Below, piece after piece: positions 1 to 13,179 of a DNA stretch of 64,000 nucleotides (the stretch's first letter is position 1; each line of letters starts with the position of its first letter). A program made the position numbers and the translations under genes. The notes under the pieces were generated by a model that worked only from the letters and a program-made list of their open reading frames with translations, was not told where the DNA came from and did not search any database. This stretch comes from Octopus vulgaris (Eukaryota), in assembly GCA_951406725.2 (NCBI GenBank), contig OX597815.1, positions 21,204,001 to 21,268,000 of the forward strand, read 5' to 3'.

Positions 1-869
1 TTTGTATTGGACAAAGTCAGGGTATGAAAGTATGAAAATGTTGTCTTCCCTAATATAACATAGTTCTGTGTTCTAACTGACAAATTATGAAAAGTAGTGT
101 TTTTTCTGGCTACCTATCTCTTATGATATGCAGGGTTGGCAAGCAATTCTCTGAAAAAAGGATATAACCTTACAATTTGTACATACATAACAGGAATGAA
201 GAATTTTTCGTTACAAAAATAAGTTCTATTTCCTCCCTACCATTTACCACTATTGATTTTATTTTCTTTCATTAAATAATTATCCATTTGATTCCTCTGA
301 AGCAAACATTAGTGAAATTCGTATCAGTCCCCTGAGTAATTTTTTTTTTAAATTACCGATAAATTTAACCTCCTTATGTTCAGTTCTAATATCTAATGAT
401 ATAAAGATGAAAATTCGCCCAAACAGATAAACGCATGCTAATTCTTTTCAAGTTTCTCGTATCTAAGTAGTGTGATACGAAATACTTGAAAAGATTAGAT
501 TTTTTTAATAATACTATACAATTTCACTAATACAATAAAAATTATACATTCGTTCATAAATGTGCTAAAAGAACAAACCCCAATCTAAAATTATTGAATT
601 TGCAGAACATAAATTCATTTATGAACCAATTCAAACCTTTCCTGGAGTTGCTAGCTTCTATATCAAATATAACCAAGATTTATAAATAAAGGAAACAGGC
701 TAAAAGGAACCTTTGATATATTTACGAAAATAAATACTGCAAACAAGGAAATATTTTCTACTTGGCAGATTCAAGAAGTTTGTGCAAAATTTGATTTGTA
801 TTTCCAAAGCAAAATGAAATTGGCTTTCAGCTCTTTTTCTTAGTTAATTTCAATATTATTACTCTAAAA

Positions 870-1267
870 AAGGCGGCGAGCTGGCAGGAATGTTAGCACG
901 CTGGGCGAAATGCGTAACCGTATTTCGTCTGCCGTTACGTTCTGAGTTCAAATTCCGCCGAGGTCGACTTTGCCTTTCATCATTTTGGGGTCGATAGATT
1001 AAGTACCAGTTATGCACTGGGGTCGATATAATCGACTTAATCCGTTTGTCTGTCCTTGTTTGTCCTGTCTGTGTTTAACGCATTGTGGGTAGTAAAGAAA
1101 TAGATATTTCGTCCGTCTTTACGTTCTAAGTTCAAATTCTGCTGAGGTCGACTTTACCTTTCATCCTTTCGGAGTCGATAAAATAAGTATCAGTTAAGCA
1201 CTGGGGCTGATGTAATCGACTTACCCATTACCCACGAAACTGCTGGTCCTGTACCAAAATTTGGAAT
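870..1267 (+). mobile_element. tRNA-derived SINE family A, long bipartite copy
   Basis: Head GGCGGCGAGCTGGCAG with B-box-like GAGTTCAAATTC. The core GCCTTTCATCCTTTCGGGGTCGATAAA resembles the Meta-SINE domain and occurs twice. Probable TSD caatattattactctaa (851-867) / caatatcattacactaa (1268-1284). Confidence 0.85.
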
Positions 1268-1567
1268 CAATATCATTACACTAAGCAAGAATCATTCAGC
1301 ATCATTTCATAATGCGGCAAAACTTCCTTTCTCCACATGGGCTACAACCAACCGAACAATAATCTAAATCTTTTACAGATAATATCGTCAACTCGCTTAG
1401 ATACGTATATATTACATATCTTTGCTGTTAATGTGTGTAACTACTTTATGTAAGTTTTCATAACTGAAAACTTTTATTTAAACTACAATAACAAGAGTAA
1501 ATCTATAAAAGAAACTTAGAAAAAATTATGGACAATAGGTTTAATTTAATTTCAACAGCCATTCTAA

Positions 1568-1800
1568 GGAGGCGCATAGCCTAGTTGTTAGGAGTGTTGG
1601 ACTCATGATTGTAAGATTGTGGTTTCGGTTCCTAGACTGGGCGACCTGTGTTGCTAGAGCAAAACACTTCATTTCACGTTTCTACAGTCCACTAAGCTGG
1701 CAGAAGTGAGTAACGCTGCGACGAGCCGGTGTCCCATTCAGGCGGGAAACCAGCCCTATGTATCAGCATGACTCGGAAAGGATCTTTTCCCTACCTTATT
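1568..1800 (+). mobile_element. tRNA-derived SINE family C (V-domain-like), diverged copy
   Basis: Homologous to 41364-41612. A-box-like TAGCCTAGTTGTTAG, followed by GCTGCGACGAGCCGGTGTCCCATTCAGG. Confidence 0.7.
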
Positions 1801-2422
1801 TTTTTTCTTACAACAGTAAATATTTGACCTGACGAATAGCAGTCGAGATACAGTATGATATTACTCCCAAAACGTTACAGTCAGACGACATATTCTGATG
1901 TAAACAGAAATAAAACTTGTAAGAAACCAAAAGGTTGATAACTTTTGAAATTTTCAAGCTCTAACGTTATTAAAAATAATTTTAATTTTTATAAAATCAG
2001 GTACACGGTAAGGCCTCCACTTAAGGATCTTTTGGTATTTAGTAATGATCCTTTACATTTCGAGTTCAAGCCCTACCTGGGTTGACTTTGCTTTCTACCA
2101 TTCCAGCGCTGACAAAATAAATACAAGTAAAGTATTGGAGGTTTATTCAATGAATTAACTCATTTACCGGACGCAGGTATTGTTAAATGGTTAAAATGTT
2201 CTCTTCGCAACAATGATGTTTCGGGTTCGATCCCAGAACACGTCAGTTGCGGTAAATTTCTTTTATCATATCCTCGAGTGGAACCTTCCAAGTCGCTGTC
2301 AACCTCTTCCTTGTCAAAGCTTAATATACATGTACCCTACTGAACGGTAGCGAATAATCCTTCAGTTTCATATTATTGTTTTTTTTTATATATAAGTTGA
2401 CGTAACGACAAACATTAATGTG

Positions 2423-2546
<124 letters not shown>

Positions 2547-3050
2547 CATCACGGATGGAATTTATAAATATTTTAATGTATCACCACGCGCATTTCCACA
2601 AATCACACGTCACATAAAATATTTATAAATTCCAGCCATAGATATTATTATTACTACATCTATCCTACGTTATGTCGGTGCAGCTCGGTACGATCCCATA
2701 AAACTGCTGTTGCATGTTGGAATCACTAGGCCGTAGCCGACATAATAAATTAGAAGCTGTTATCTGCGTACTCAAAAACGCTTCCCCGCAAACAAACTTA
2801 AAGGGGATATATATATATATATATATATATATCCAGTAATTTTTTACTAGTTTCATCTTGTCTCTTTGTTTTATCTCCGTGTCGATATATGGACAATTAA
2901 GGTGGTTTTAGAGTCAGATCATGGCTGATATTTTCAGCATGGTGGTATCTCGTAGATACCCTGATTTATAATTATATATATATATACATATATATATATA
3001 TAATTAAGGACATACAAAAAAATTTTTTTTCAAGCCTATATGCTGAAAAT

Positions 3051-3101
<51 letters not shown>

Positions 3102-3909
3102 AACCAAGGATAAAATCATATAAATGATAATATCAAGTGGCCAACATGCTATAAAATCATATGGTTATATTATACTAAAATAATAATTATATATATACAT
3201 TATATAATTATATAAGGGAACAGGAAAAAACCCTGCTCCAACATGTAAGAATACGCCAAAAAAAACATTATAAACCACCTTTAGCTCCTGCAAAAATACG
3301 GGTTGTAAACGGGCAAATGAAAAATACAAAATAAAACTCCACAGTCCAATTTCGAGATTAAAGCAGTAAAATAATTTATTTCCCATCCTCAACACGATAT
3401 TCAAAGAAACATAGTCACAAATATTTATACATGCCCCCCACGAAACAAATTCGTACGAGCATGTGCAAATATCTGCGCTTATGCTTCAAAATAAAGTAAA
3501 ATTTTTACTTTTCATTTCAGCCGCGTATTATTTAAGCCGAAATAGCCTCAAAGCAATACAGTTCCGATCCGGAGCATAAATATTTTATTTATTTATTTAT
3601 TTATTTATATAAACAAGGATAAAATCACGTAAATGATAATATCAAGTGGCCAACATGCTATAAAACCTTGTGGTTAAATTATACTAAAATAATAATTATA
3701 TATACATTATAAGATTATATAAGGGAACAGGAAGAAGCCCTGCTCCAACATCTTGTAAGAATACGCCAAAAAACGCCCAAAATAAGCTGTCTTAGTGGTT
3801 TAATCTCGAAATTGGACCAATACAAAATTGATTGTGGAGTTTTATTTTGTATTTTTCATTTACACGTCTACAACCCGTAGACGTGGTGCAATCCTATGGG
3901 CTGTGTCTC

Positions 3910-3990
<81 letters not shown>

Positions 3991-3994
<4 letters not shown>

Positions 3995-5373
3995 GGTGAC
4001 TAAAAATTAAGTAACGTTTTGAAAAACGAAATTCGTCACAATATATTTCAACAATGCGGAAATTTTATTCATCAAAGTAAGAACCATTACCATCAACACA
4101 TTCTTGTCAACGAGTTACAAGTTTGTTTATTCCAGTAGCATAAAAATCTGGAGTTTTGGGAGCTGATGAGCTCTTTGAACCCACTTTCAGCATCGGTTTG
4201 ATTTTTTAACTCTTTCTCTCGCAGGAAAACATCAAGGTGCTTGAAAAAGTGGTAGTCGATAGGAGAAAGATCTGGAGAATAAGCTGGGTGAGGAAGAACT
4301 TAGTAGCCAAGTTCCCTCAAATAAATGCCGACGACTTCTTGGTTCAAAGTCTCTCTTGACCAGAAATAGCCTGAACTCTTTGTATGAACACCCTCCCTGT
4401 ACATAACTCCATGTCCCCCTACATGGCCTTGCTTTTGCTTTTTGGGCCAAAAAATTAAATTAAATTTAAAAAATTAAATTAAATTCTGGGGCGTCATTAA
4501 TGAAACGTGTGGTCGAGCATTGGTCCTCTTCTGTTGACTATTCTGGAACAGAGGAGTGGCAGTTTCTTGTTCATTTTTGCCATTTCATGACAATATGTTT
4601 CTGCAGTAATGGTTTTTCCAGGTTTTAAGAAGTTATAGTGGATCAGTCCAGAGCTCGAGTTTAGAGGAGTTTTTCGGTGCTTCCAACCACTGCGAAGAAT
4701 GTTTTTCATTATTGTACAGAATCCACGTTTCATCGCAAGTTACAACACAGTCGAGAAATTGATCGATCTTGTTACGGAGAAGAAACGACGAACAAATTTC
4801 ATATTTGCGCATTTTCTGATTTTCATTCAAATCGTGTGGTACCCATTTGTCGAGTTTTTTTGTTTTTCCGATCGCATGCAATTAGTTGCAGGCAGTTGTT
4901 TTCTGGCTAACTTGAAGTTCTTTTGTCAGTTCTCGGGTGGTTTTACGCTGATCTTTCTCAATGATGGTCTTTAATTGACAGTCATCGACGACAGATGGGC
5001 ATCCACTACAATCACGATCTTCAAGGCTTAGGTCACGCCTGCGAAATCGTTTAAACCATTTTTAAGCTGACCACTCACTGGTCATTTTCTCAAGTTTCGT
5101 TGATATCGCAAGCAGTTTCAGCGGCTTTACGTCCTTTTTTGAAGCTGAATAGCAAAATTGCTTGAATGTCGTGCTTTCACAGTTCCATTTCAGGTTATTG
5201 TAACAACGGTGAAAAAAATATCAATGTTAATTTATTGATGCCTTTTGGGCAATTCTATGTCTGTATTATCAGACAGTTGCAAAAAAAAATGTTTAAAAAA
5301 ATTCAAAACTCTGCAAAAGTCCAGAACAAATTCTTCATAGTTCAAAACGTTGCTTACTTTTTGCTCAACCTTA
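3991..5373 (-). mobile_element. decayed full-length mariner (DD34D) transposon
   Basis: Imperfect TIRs at both ends next to TA. Minus-strand frames give WVPHDL, VTCDETWILYNN and HPAYSPDLSPIDYHFF, with frameshifts and stops. Confidence 0.9.
4323..4485 (+). mobile_element. CR1/L2-like LINE 3' end nested in mariner
   Basis: Homologous to 26331-26513 in the opposite orientation. Ends in an (AAATT)n tail and interrupts the transposase. Confidence 0.7.
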
Positions 5374-5418
5374 TGTGCGTGTGGGGTGGGGTGTATGCGT
5401 GCGTGCGAATGTTGTATT

Positions 5419-5449
<31 letters not shown>

Positions 5450-5850
5450 GTATGCAGGTATGTTTTTAATGCCTTTGCTGCGTAGAATGAGAACCGACAC
5501 ATTCGGACATAAATATCCCGCACTATTAATCTCCAGCTGAATTATCTCTGTTTACCTCAATGTCTTTAATGAAATAAGTAATAAAGAACTGGGGTAGCAT
5601 GGTCGCAGTCAAATAAAGTGAAGCCAGAAACAAAGCAGTAAAAGAAAAGAAAGCGATTTCAAGACTGGGTTGGTTCCGGTTAATACTAAAGAAACGAGAT
5701 AAATAATTTCGCAATACAGTCAGTCGGACGCTCTACCGGTTCTACTAAATTTACTATGTCAAAAATGTTTTGCCAATCGTTCCGTTGCCTACTGGAATTC
5801 TCTATGCTTATGCATTTCTGTGTGTGTGCGCGCATGTGAGAGAGAGAGAC

Positions 5851-5905
<55 letters not shown>

Positions 5906-6135
5906 CGAAAGAGTGTGTGTGTGTGTGTTCGTATCGTAATCAGTCAAATTGACCGTTGACATTTGAGATGGAAGAACGGAATATCACGGGGAAAGTATTT
6001 CCCAACAAAGTATTATCTTCGTTCTGAAAATAGGACGAGTCCATTTTATGCTTCCTTTCACCCATCATTGATTGCACCTATGCTTTTTATCTGCTTAGAG
6101 ATAAGCGAATGCACACTTACCCCCACGCGCTTAAT

Positions 6136-6167
<32 letters not shown>

Positions 6168-6987
6168 TACATAAATACATATGTACATACTTATGTGTGT
6201 ATGTATAAGACACGCATACACATTTCTTCATACACAGGTACCTGCACGCCGGCTCAGATATCAACGACAATAGCTTTATTCCGTCTTATGTTCGGTGTAC
6301 GAATATAAAAAGACGCCATGGGAAGGAAGTGACTACTTTTACTTGAACGAGCAATATACGATTAAAGCAAATAGCGAAATAACTAGAAAAGAAGAGAATA
6401 CATTAAAGAAAACAGTGGTGAGTCAGAACTGCTGGAATATCGAAAGAAAATATCACAGGAAGAGAAAAGGAAGCGGTAAGAAACTAAAAAGGAAATAATA
6501 AAGGAGAACATATTAAAATAAGGAGATTTAAAAAGAGGAGATTAAATAATTATTAGTAAATGAAGATAAAAAGAATGAGTGCAGGAAAAGAGGCAAATAA
6601 AGTAATAATTATGTAAAAACGATTTCATCGAAGAGTTCCATTTACTCATTTGCTACTCATTTCTTGGTAATGCAGCAGCCAAGCAGGAAGGATGTAGATT
6701 ATTGTCAGAAGATCAAGACTGGTGTGTTGCTAATACCGCGTTAGTTTTTGACATTTTCAGCTTTGCGATGGAAATTTCTTTGATAACATTAACTCTCGGT
6801 CGGCAGAATCGTCAGAGCGCCGAACAAAATACGTTCTCTGGCGTTGTTTAGTTACAACTCTTTTACATTCTGGTTTCAAATCTCAACAAGGTAACGTCGC
6901 CGTTTGTCATTTTGTTGGGGTGGATAAAAATAGAGTATCCTGCCAAATGTATAACCTACAGCCACTATATGGCTTAGTGACAATTAG

Positions 6988-7419
6988 GGATCTTTTCGGT
7001 TTGAACGGCAGTTTTTTAAAATAATTTCTACGTAACTAAACACTTTTAAACTTCGTATACTGGTAGAATGTTTTTATAAAACATCTTTTTCTCTTGGCTT
7101 TATTGAGAAAATTCTATAGTTTGTAAGATTTTTGTTGTTGGTTTTTCTTCAATTTCTACACTTTCAACCAATCAATGACGTCTATTGAGGTGAAAACATT
7201 CTGTGCCGTATGAAAATGTCCCTCGTTTAAGAAACAGATTGGGTTTATATACATTTCTGAAGAAAAAAGATACCCTTCCCCCACCCCTAACCCTAACTAA
7301 CCCTAACTCTAACCCTAAAATAGACTGAAATGCAATAGATCGATACTAGGGTCATAATTATGGGTGACAATTTCATATGACACCGCTAGAAAAAACTGCC
7401 GTTCAAACCGAAAAGATCC
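6988..7419. mobile_element. MITE with 30-bp TIRs and 8-bp TSD (Merlin-like)
   Basis: TIR GGATCTTTTCGGTTTGAACGGCAGTTTTTT at both ends. TSD ACAATTAG at 6980-6987 and 7420-7427. GG termini with an 8-bp TSD fit the Merlin superfamily. Confidence 0.85.
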
Positions 7420-7479
7420 ACAATTAGTATTACACTCAGTCGGTCCGAGATAAAAATTTTAAAAATTACTAACGAAAAT

Positions 7480-7680
7480 TCAAGCCACTGTGTGTGCACT
7501 CGACCTGCTAGAAGTAGCATTCACATTCCCTTTAAATCATACTTTAGTATGTTAATGAAAAAAAAGATAGGGCACGTTAAAGAATGTTATATAACAAAAC
7601 GAGACCTTCACATCAGATATGTCTTTGGTTACATATCTGCTCCATCAGCGCAGAACTGAGATTAAACAATGACAACAACC
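7480..7680. repeat. old interspersed repeat family E
   Basis: Diverged motif GACCTGCTAGAAATAGCA...AAATCACAC...TAAACAAC. Also near 16670, 17670, 17910, 22290, 48630, 50600, 60670 and 62250. Confidence 0.6.
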
Positions 7681-8837
7681 AAGAAAATTTTCTCTAACTT
7701 AGTATTTTCGTTTCTGCGCATGAGACATAAAAGCGTCTTCATTTTTTTTTTTTTTTTTGTGTCTGCTACGTCCACTTAAAAGAACCACAGCTGGTCGTTA
7801 ACGATGTTCTTTTTAAAATTAAATATTCAGAGATACCATCGGCAAAATAAGTAATCGCTAAGTCAATGAAAGCATATCTAAATACCTGGAACATTAAAAA
7901 CATAAATAAGGAACAAATTACACGGAGGGAAAAACTAAATTAAAGCCTGAGGTTTTCTTTTCGTTTGGTGTTTTTAACCTTTTCGTTTTTTTTTTCTTTT
8001 TCGTTTGTTTCTGTCTTTTTTTTATTCATCAGCATGTATGGAAGACAATTACAGACATATTCCATTCTTATTAGAGTTTGGTATTTTCGTATATTGATAT
8101 AATAAGGCATTTACTTACATAAGTATTTCCCCACTTTTTTTTTATATTTTGCATTCACTCAATAAATCGAAACTGGTAAAAAATAATATCTCATACAAAG
8201 GATTCCCCTACTGAAAGCTATGCCAAACTGAAAGGTTCCGGGTGTTAAAACAGCTAGCACTTAACTGGAGATCAAAAATGTTGTCCAGTTGTCGTCATCG
8301 GGGGGAATTCCTCTTGGACAGCTTTCTCATCTCTGAGATCGACCGCCAACTAACTCAACGGCCAACGGATTCAACAAGCGTACTTCCTAATAGCCACACG
8401 TCGGATTATATTCTTTGCCTTACGCTATAGCACTTCAACCAGTAATAATGATATTTCTGGTCAACTGCCATTGATCTGCCTCGACCAAAGAGAATCGATG
8501 TAGCTGGCATGTTACGGACACATTATTTTATCAGTTAACCAAATATTACCTGAATGAGCATACGTGTACTACATGTACATGAAATTCTGATTAGTAATGG
8601 AGTAACTCATCAACTGATTCCCAATTTCTCTATATATGTGTGTGCATGTGTGAGTAGCTATGTATGTATGTATGTATGTATGTATGTATGTATGTATGTA
8701 TGTATGTATGTATGTATGTATGTATGTATGTATATGTATATTTACATATATATATATATACTATATAATATAATATAATATAATATAATATGATATAATA
8801 TGATACAATATAATATGTGACAATTATTCGGTTGCCA

Positions 8838-8901
8838 TAACAAAACTCAGAGTTTCGGATGTCGGGGCAGAAGTCTGCTCCGGCATCCCGTCAGTTACTA
8901 A
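8838..8901 (-). ncRNA. degenerate type I hammerhead ribozyme motif in Penelope-like 3' region
   Basis: Minus strand reads CUGACG - long stem II (ggaugccgg...ccgacaucc) - GAAAC UCUGA GUU. A9 is absent. Confidence 0.5.
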
Positions 8902-9369
8902 GACAAACAAAAAAGCTATGAAAATGACCGTTAAATAAAGGGAAATTACCCGAATAGGGAGAAAGTGAAAATACTCGTAGAAGGTAAACCCACGCTCATA
9001 GGTTCCGTGTATGTGCGCATGTACGTACATACATATGCACGCGCGCACACCTACGTGCATGTGCATATATGCATATGCTCACTCACACTCACGTGAAACA
9101 CATGTATGAACACCCATACACACACCTATATATATATACATTTATATGCATCCATACACATGTACACATATACATACCCGTACACACGCACACATACGCG
9201 CACAATTATGTTCATATACACGTCTCTATATGCACATGCACAAATATGCAGGGTGAAAAGTAATGTACAGAAAAATATATAAAAATATATAAAACAATAA
9301 AATATATAAAAATATATATATAAGAAATGAAATTCTTGTACGTGAACACATTATAAAAAGCAGGTTCTA

Positions 9370-10065
9370 TCTGTGATCTTGGTGGGAGGGGGACCAAAAA
9401 CGTAACAAATATTTAGCCATATGTGAACATGATCCAAAAAGTTCAGTTCTTGAATTTAGACATGTAGCGGGGTCTAAGCTGCTTTTCCAGATGAGCCATC
9501 TTTCCATATCACAAAGACCGCACCTTCCACTGCCGTTGGGGTAAGGCTTACACTTGGCTAAGATCTTCCAATGGATGTTATAGTTGACACCTTTTTTTCT
9601 TTTAAGGACCATATATAACTGGATGATTTGGTTGTTTTTCTTTTTTCCCAGTGTCTGAAGCTCAAGGTGTGATTGTTGAACCTGGCTTTGAAATTCCCCT
9701 CTGTGAGACCCACATATTTCTTTGACGAAACTATGTCCTTAGTAGTTGTAGAGTCTACGGTGGCTTCATAAATGATGGTCTCGGACATGCAAGCTCCATT
9801 TAGCGGGCACAAATTTTTATCCCTGCATGAAGAGCTGGTTTCATTTTGTTGTTTTTGTGTGTTGTGTGCAATTATATTTTTAAAATTAGTAGTTGAGCTA
9901 AAACTAATTTTTAGGCTATGCCTATTGAAGAGCTTTCTATAATTCTGATTGGAAAATGCCTGTCTATAAGTGATAAGAAATATTTACCTATATTAAAGAT
10001 CACTTCGGGGAGTAAGGGGATGTGAACCAGATAGTTTTCCTATTCCGATGTTTCCTTTTCTTTAT
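9370..10065 (-). mobile_element. Penelope-like retroelement, GIY-YIG endonuclease fragment (frameshifted)
   Basis: RNRKTIWF...CPLNGAC..ETIIYEATV...KKYVGLTEGNFKARFNNHTLSF...WKILAKCKPY..GRCGLCDMERWLI...LNSRTELFGSCSHMAKYLL, typical of the PLE endonuclease C-terminal half. Confidence 0.9.
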
Positions 10066-10628
10066 TACTGGACTGGTATTATTATTATTAATATATATAT
10101 AGTAAGAGGAGGGATATAATATCCAGACAGATGCCGAATTTCTCTATGTAAAATGCTAGGGCTGGTTCCTGCAGATTGTGCGTTTTTTGGTAAACTTACT
10201 TTAACTGTCGTCCGATGTTACAGTTTATTTTTTGACTACTTAGAGTGTAAAGTACAATATTGATAGTAAGGAGAATAATGGAGAATTTGAACATTCAAAC
10301 TTTATACTTGTTTCCAATTAGTTTATTTATAATATAAACACGTGTCGAACAATTATGAATGAACTAACTGGGAATAAACATAAAGTTTGAATTTCAAATT
10401 CTTCATTTTCCTTATTATCAATATGTGTGTATGTGTGTCTGAGTGTGTGTGTTATGTATGCATGTAGGTAGGTAGGTGCGTGTGTGTGTGTGTGTGTGTG
10501 TGCAAATATATAAAATACACTACGTGAATTTATGTATATAATTTTTTTGCAACACTTTAGCGTTTGAAGCTGTTGAATTTGTTCCGCTTTATAAGATTTA
10601 CGAGTGTGTGTATATAGATACACACACA

Positions 10629-10670
<42 letters not shown>

Positions 10671-10672
<2 letters not shown>

Positions 10673-11226
10673 AGGTTATTCAAAAAGGAATGAACTGATT
10701 TCATTACGCAGTATTTTAATAAGGAAAAGTAATAGAATACTCCAGCTAAGTCACAAGTATTTACTCAGAATCAACTTTTATTTCCTGTCTTACAAGTGTT
10801 CAATGTGGCCAACACCTGCAGCACGGGCAACATCAATGCGATAAGAGAATTCCTCCCAGACGCGTATCAGCATATCACGATACACTGGGTGTGTGATCCA
10901 CCGTGTGCGATTTTTTTCTTGTGACGACATGTAAGAGATCGCGTTTATGTTCCACAGCTATCCACTACCTCGATGACCTTAAACATCGAATCATAACAGC
11001 GATCAACTTAGTGGATCATGACATACTGATTTGCGACTGGGAGGAATTCTCTTATCACACTTATGTTGTCCGTGCTGCAGGTGGTGGCCACATTGAACAT
11101 TTGTAAGACAGAAAATAAAAGTTGATTGTGAGTAAATACTTGTGACTTAGCTGGAGTTTTCTATTACTTTACCTTGCTAAAATATTGCGTAATGTGAAAT
11201 CGGTTCATTCGTATTGAATAATCCTG
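10671..11226. mobile_element. Tc1/mariner (DD37D/maT-like) palindromic deletion derivative
   Basis: TA on both sides and inverted arms of about 190 bp. Carries the transposase C-terminus CDFFL...LDDLKHRIITAINLVDHD..WEEFSY..VVRAAGGGHIEHL*. Confidence 0.85.
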
Positions 11227-11671
11227 TATATTATGTGTGTGTGTGTATACATATATATATATATACATTCATACATACATAGATATGGATTTAGCTTCTC
11301 GTATCATCAGCTATTGTCTCTTCATTTGTACAACAAAGTGGTAATATTTTGAAACTTTAGACTGAGTATTACAAATAAAAGTAACAAACTAAATACTGAA
11401 ATCAACTTAGTAAATTTTGGTTACGTATGTTTAACAGAAGACAAATTGAAGAAATAACATAGCGAAGTCTCCTACTGATGTAAATGAAATGTCAGTATTA
11501 CAGTGTAATTATCTGTAAATAATTGGTTGTTTTCCTCTCTTTTTAAACCAAGTCTTCGATGTTCCACTCAATATCAAAGCAGAAGCGACAAAGCGTCCAT
11601 TAAAATGCCATGCCATATTTAGTTGCGTATCTTTACGTCCTGAGCTCATTATCCTGGCGAATGGGAAGGGG

Positions 11672-11853
11672 GAAGAAGAAGAAGAAGAAGAAGAAGAAGA
11701 AGAAGAAGAAGAAGAAGAAGAAGAAGAAGAAGAAGAAGAAGAAGAAGAAAGAACAAGAAGAACAAGAAGAACAAGAAGAACAAGAAGAAGAAGAAGAAGA
11801 AGAAGAAGAAGAAGAAGAAGAAGAAGAAGAAGAAGAAGAAGAAGAAGAAGAAG
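11672..11853. repeat. (GAA)n microsatellite with GAAC interruptions
   Basis: Directly visible; source of the poly-K/E ORF. Confidence 0.95.
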
Positions 11854-12151
11854 ACAGGGGAAATGGCGGATATAGTGGAGCGCTTGACTAAATGCTTTTC
11901 CATCCCATTTGCATTCTTTTAAATTCCGGTGTTGATTTTACCTTTCATCCACCCACTCCAAATTTAATAAAATAAGTACCGACCACCACTCTTCTATCAG
12001 CTGCGATCACTCCCTTATGAATTTGTTGGCCCGATGCAGAAATCTGTAACAGAATAAGAAGAGACGCTAGGAATTGCGAGTATTTATATTCTTTGAAAAT
12101 ATCAAAACGAAATTTTACGAAGTGGTATTCGTAATTTTAGTCTTCTGATGT

Positions 12152-12900
12152 TCTTGTTATGCTAATACTGGTATCATTACCTGCATTTTACATTCTGATT
12201 AACACTACTTAGAATTACTAGCAGTTCAATATCAGAATTTGGCTATTCAGTTGAATAAAGTCTCTTAACTTAAAGGCTCTTATGTGATGGCGGCTTTACT
12301 TGGATAAATATAGAATGACACAGCACTTCTGAATGCCTTTTATTGTTGGAAAGCCCATGAAAACATGGAACATTGCGTTTATAAAATGAAGTTAGCGGTG
12401 TTATGCCATCTGAATAATGATCAGTATATCACCAGTTCATTGTTTCGTAGCGAGAATTATGGTTGTAAAACCACCAAAGAATAAGAAGCAATAAGAATTT
12501 TGTCTTGAACTTGTGAATTTCTGTGAAGGTTACATTGATAATTATTCAGACGGTATATCATCACTTGCATCATTTCATAGACACAGTACTCCATTTTCAT
12601 GAAGTGTTCGACAAAAGAATATTTTAGCATATATAACTGACGTTAGTATCAAAGCCAACAGCTCAGATTTATGATGTCCAAAAGAAGTTACCTTAACAAC
12701 TGAAGCAAATGTAAAGGCCATTTCAAGAATACTTTTGCATGATGGCTTTTCTATACGCTATTTATTAAAGGCATTAACCACAATTAAAAGAAGATAGAAA
12801 TGAAATACCATTATAATGAAATTCATGGGGTATTAAAAAGAATCGTTTTAACGAAAACTCGTAACCAGATCGCCCAAAACAAAATTCTTCGCTACTGTAC
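12152..12900 (+). pseudogene. possible decayed TM plus TIR-domain receptor fragment
   Basis: Homologous to 16460-16660. A hydrophobic stretch is followed by RIWLFS..RLYLD, a box1-like trace and a box3-like SF*RKLVTRSP. Many stops. Confidence 0.25.
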
Positions 12901-12936
12901 TGCATTTCAAAATGGAACAGAATGAATTTAACAGAA

Positions 12937-12937
<1 letters not shown>

Positions 12938-13027
<90 letters not shown>

Positions 13028-13038
13028 TGTGTGAGTGT

Positions 13039-13097
<59 letters not shown>

Positions 13098-13101
13098 TGA
13101 G

Positions 13102-13137
<36 letters not shown>

Positions 13138-13176
13138 CGAGTGTGTGTGTGTGCGTGCGAGTGTGTGTGTGTGTGT
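12938..13176. repeat. (TG)n microsatellite
   Basis: Directly visible. Confidence 0.95.
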
Positions 13177-13179
13177 AAG

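Noticed and set aside
2843-2940. GAAACUAGUA hammerhead 3' half on the minus strand
   Set aside because: No CUGANGA box or stem II found upstream.
7285-7317. Telomeric repeats suggesting a chromosome end or fusion (also 21989-22005 and 41790-41835)
   Set aside because: Short, degenerate tracts; the first two are internal to a MITE.
11610-11903. Poly-K/poly-E and poly-F/poly-L ORFs
   Set aside because: Translations of a (GAA)n microsatellite, with no splice or domain support.
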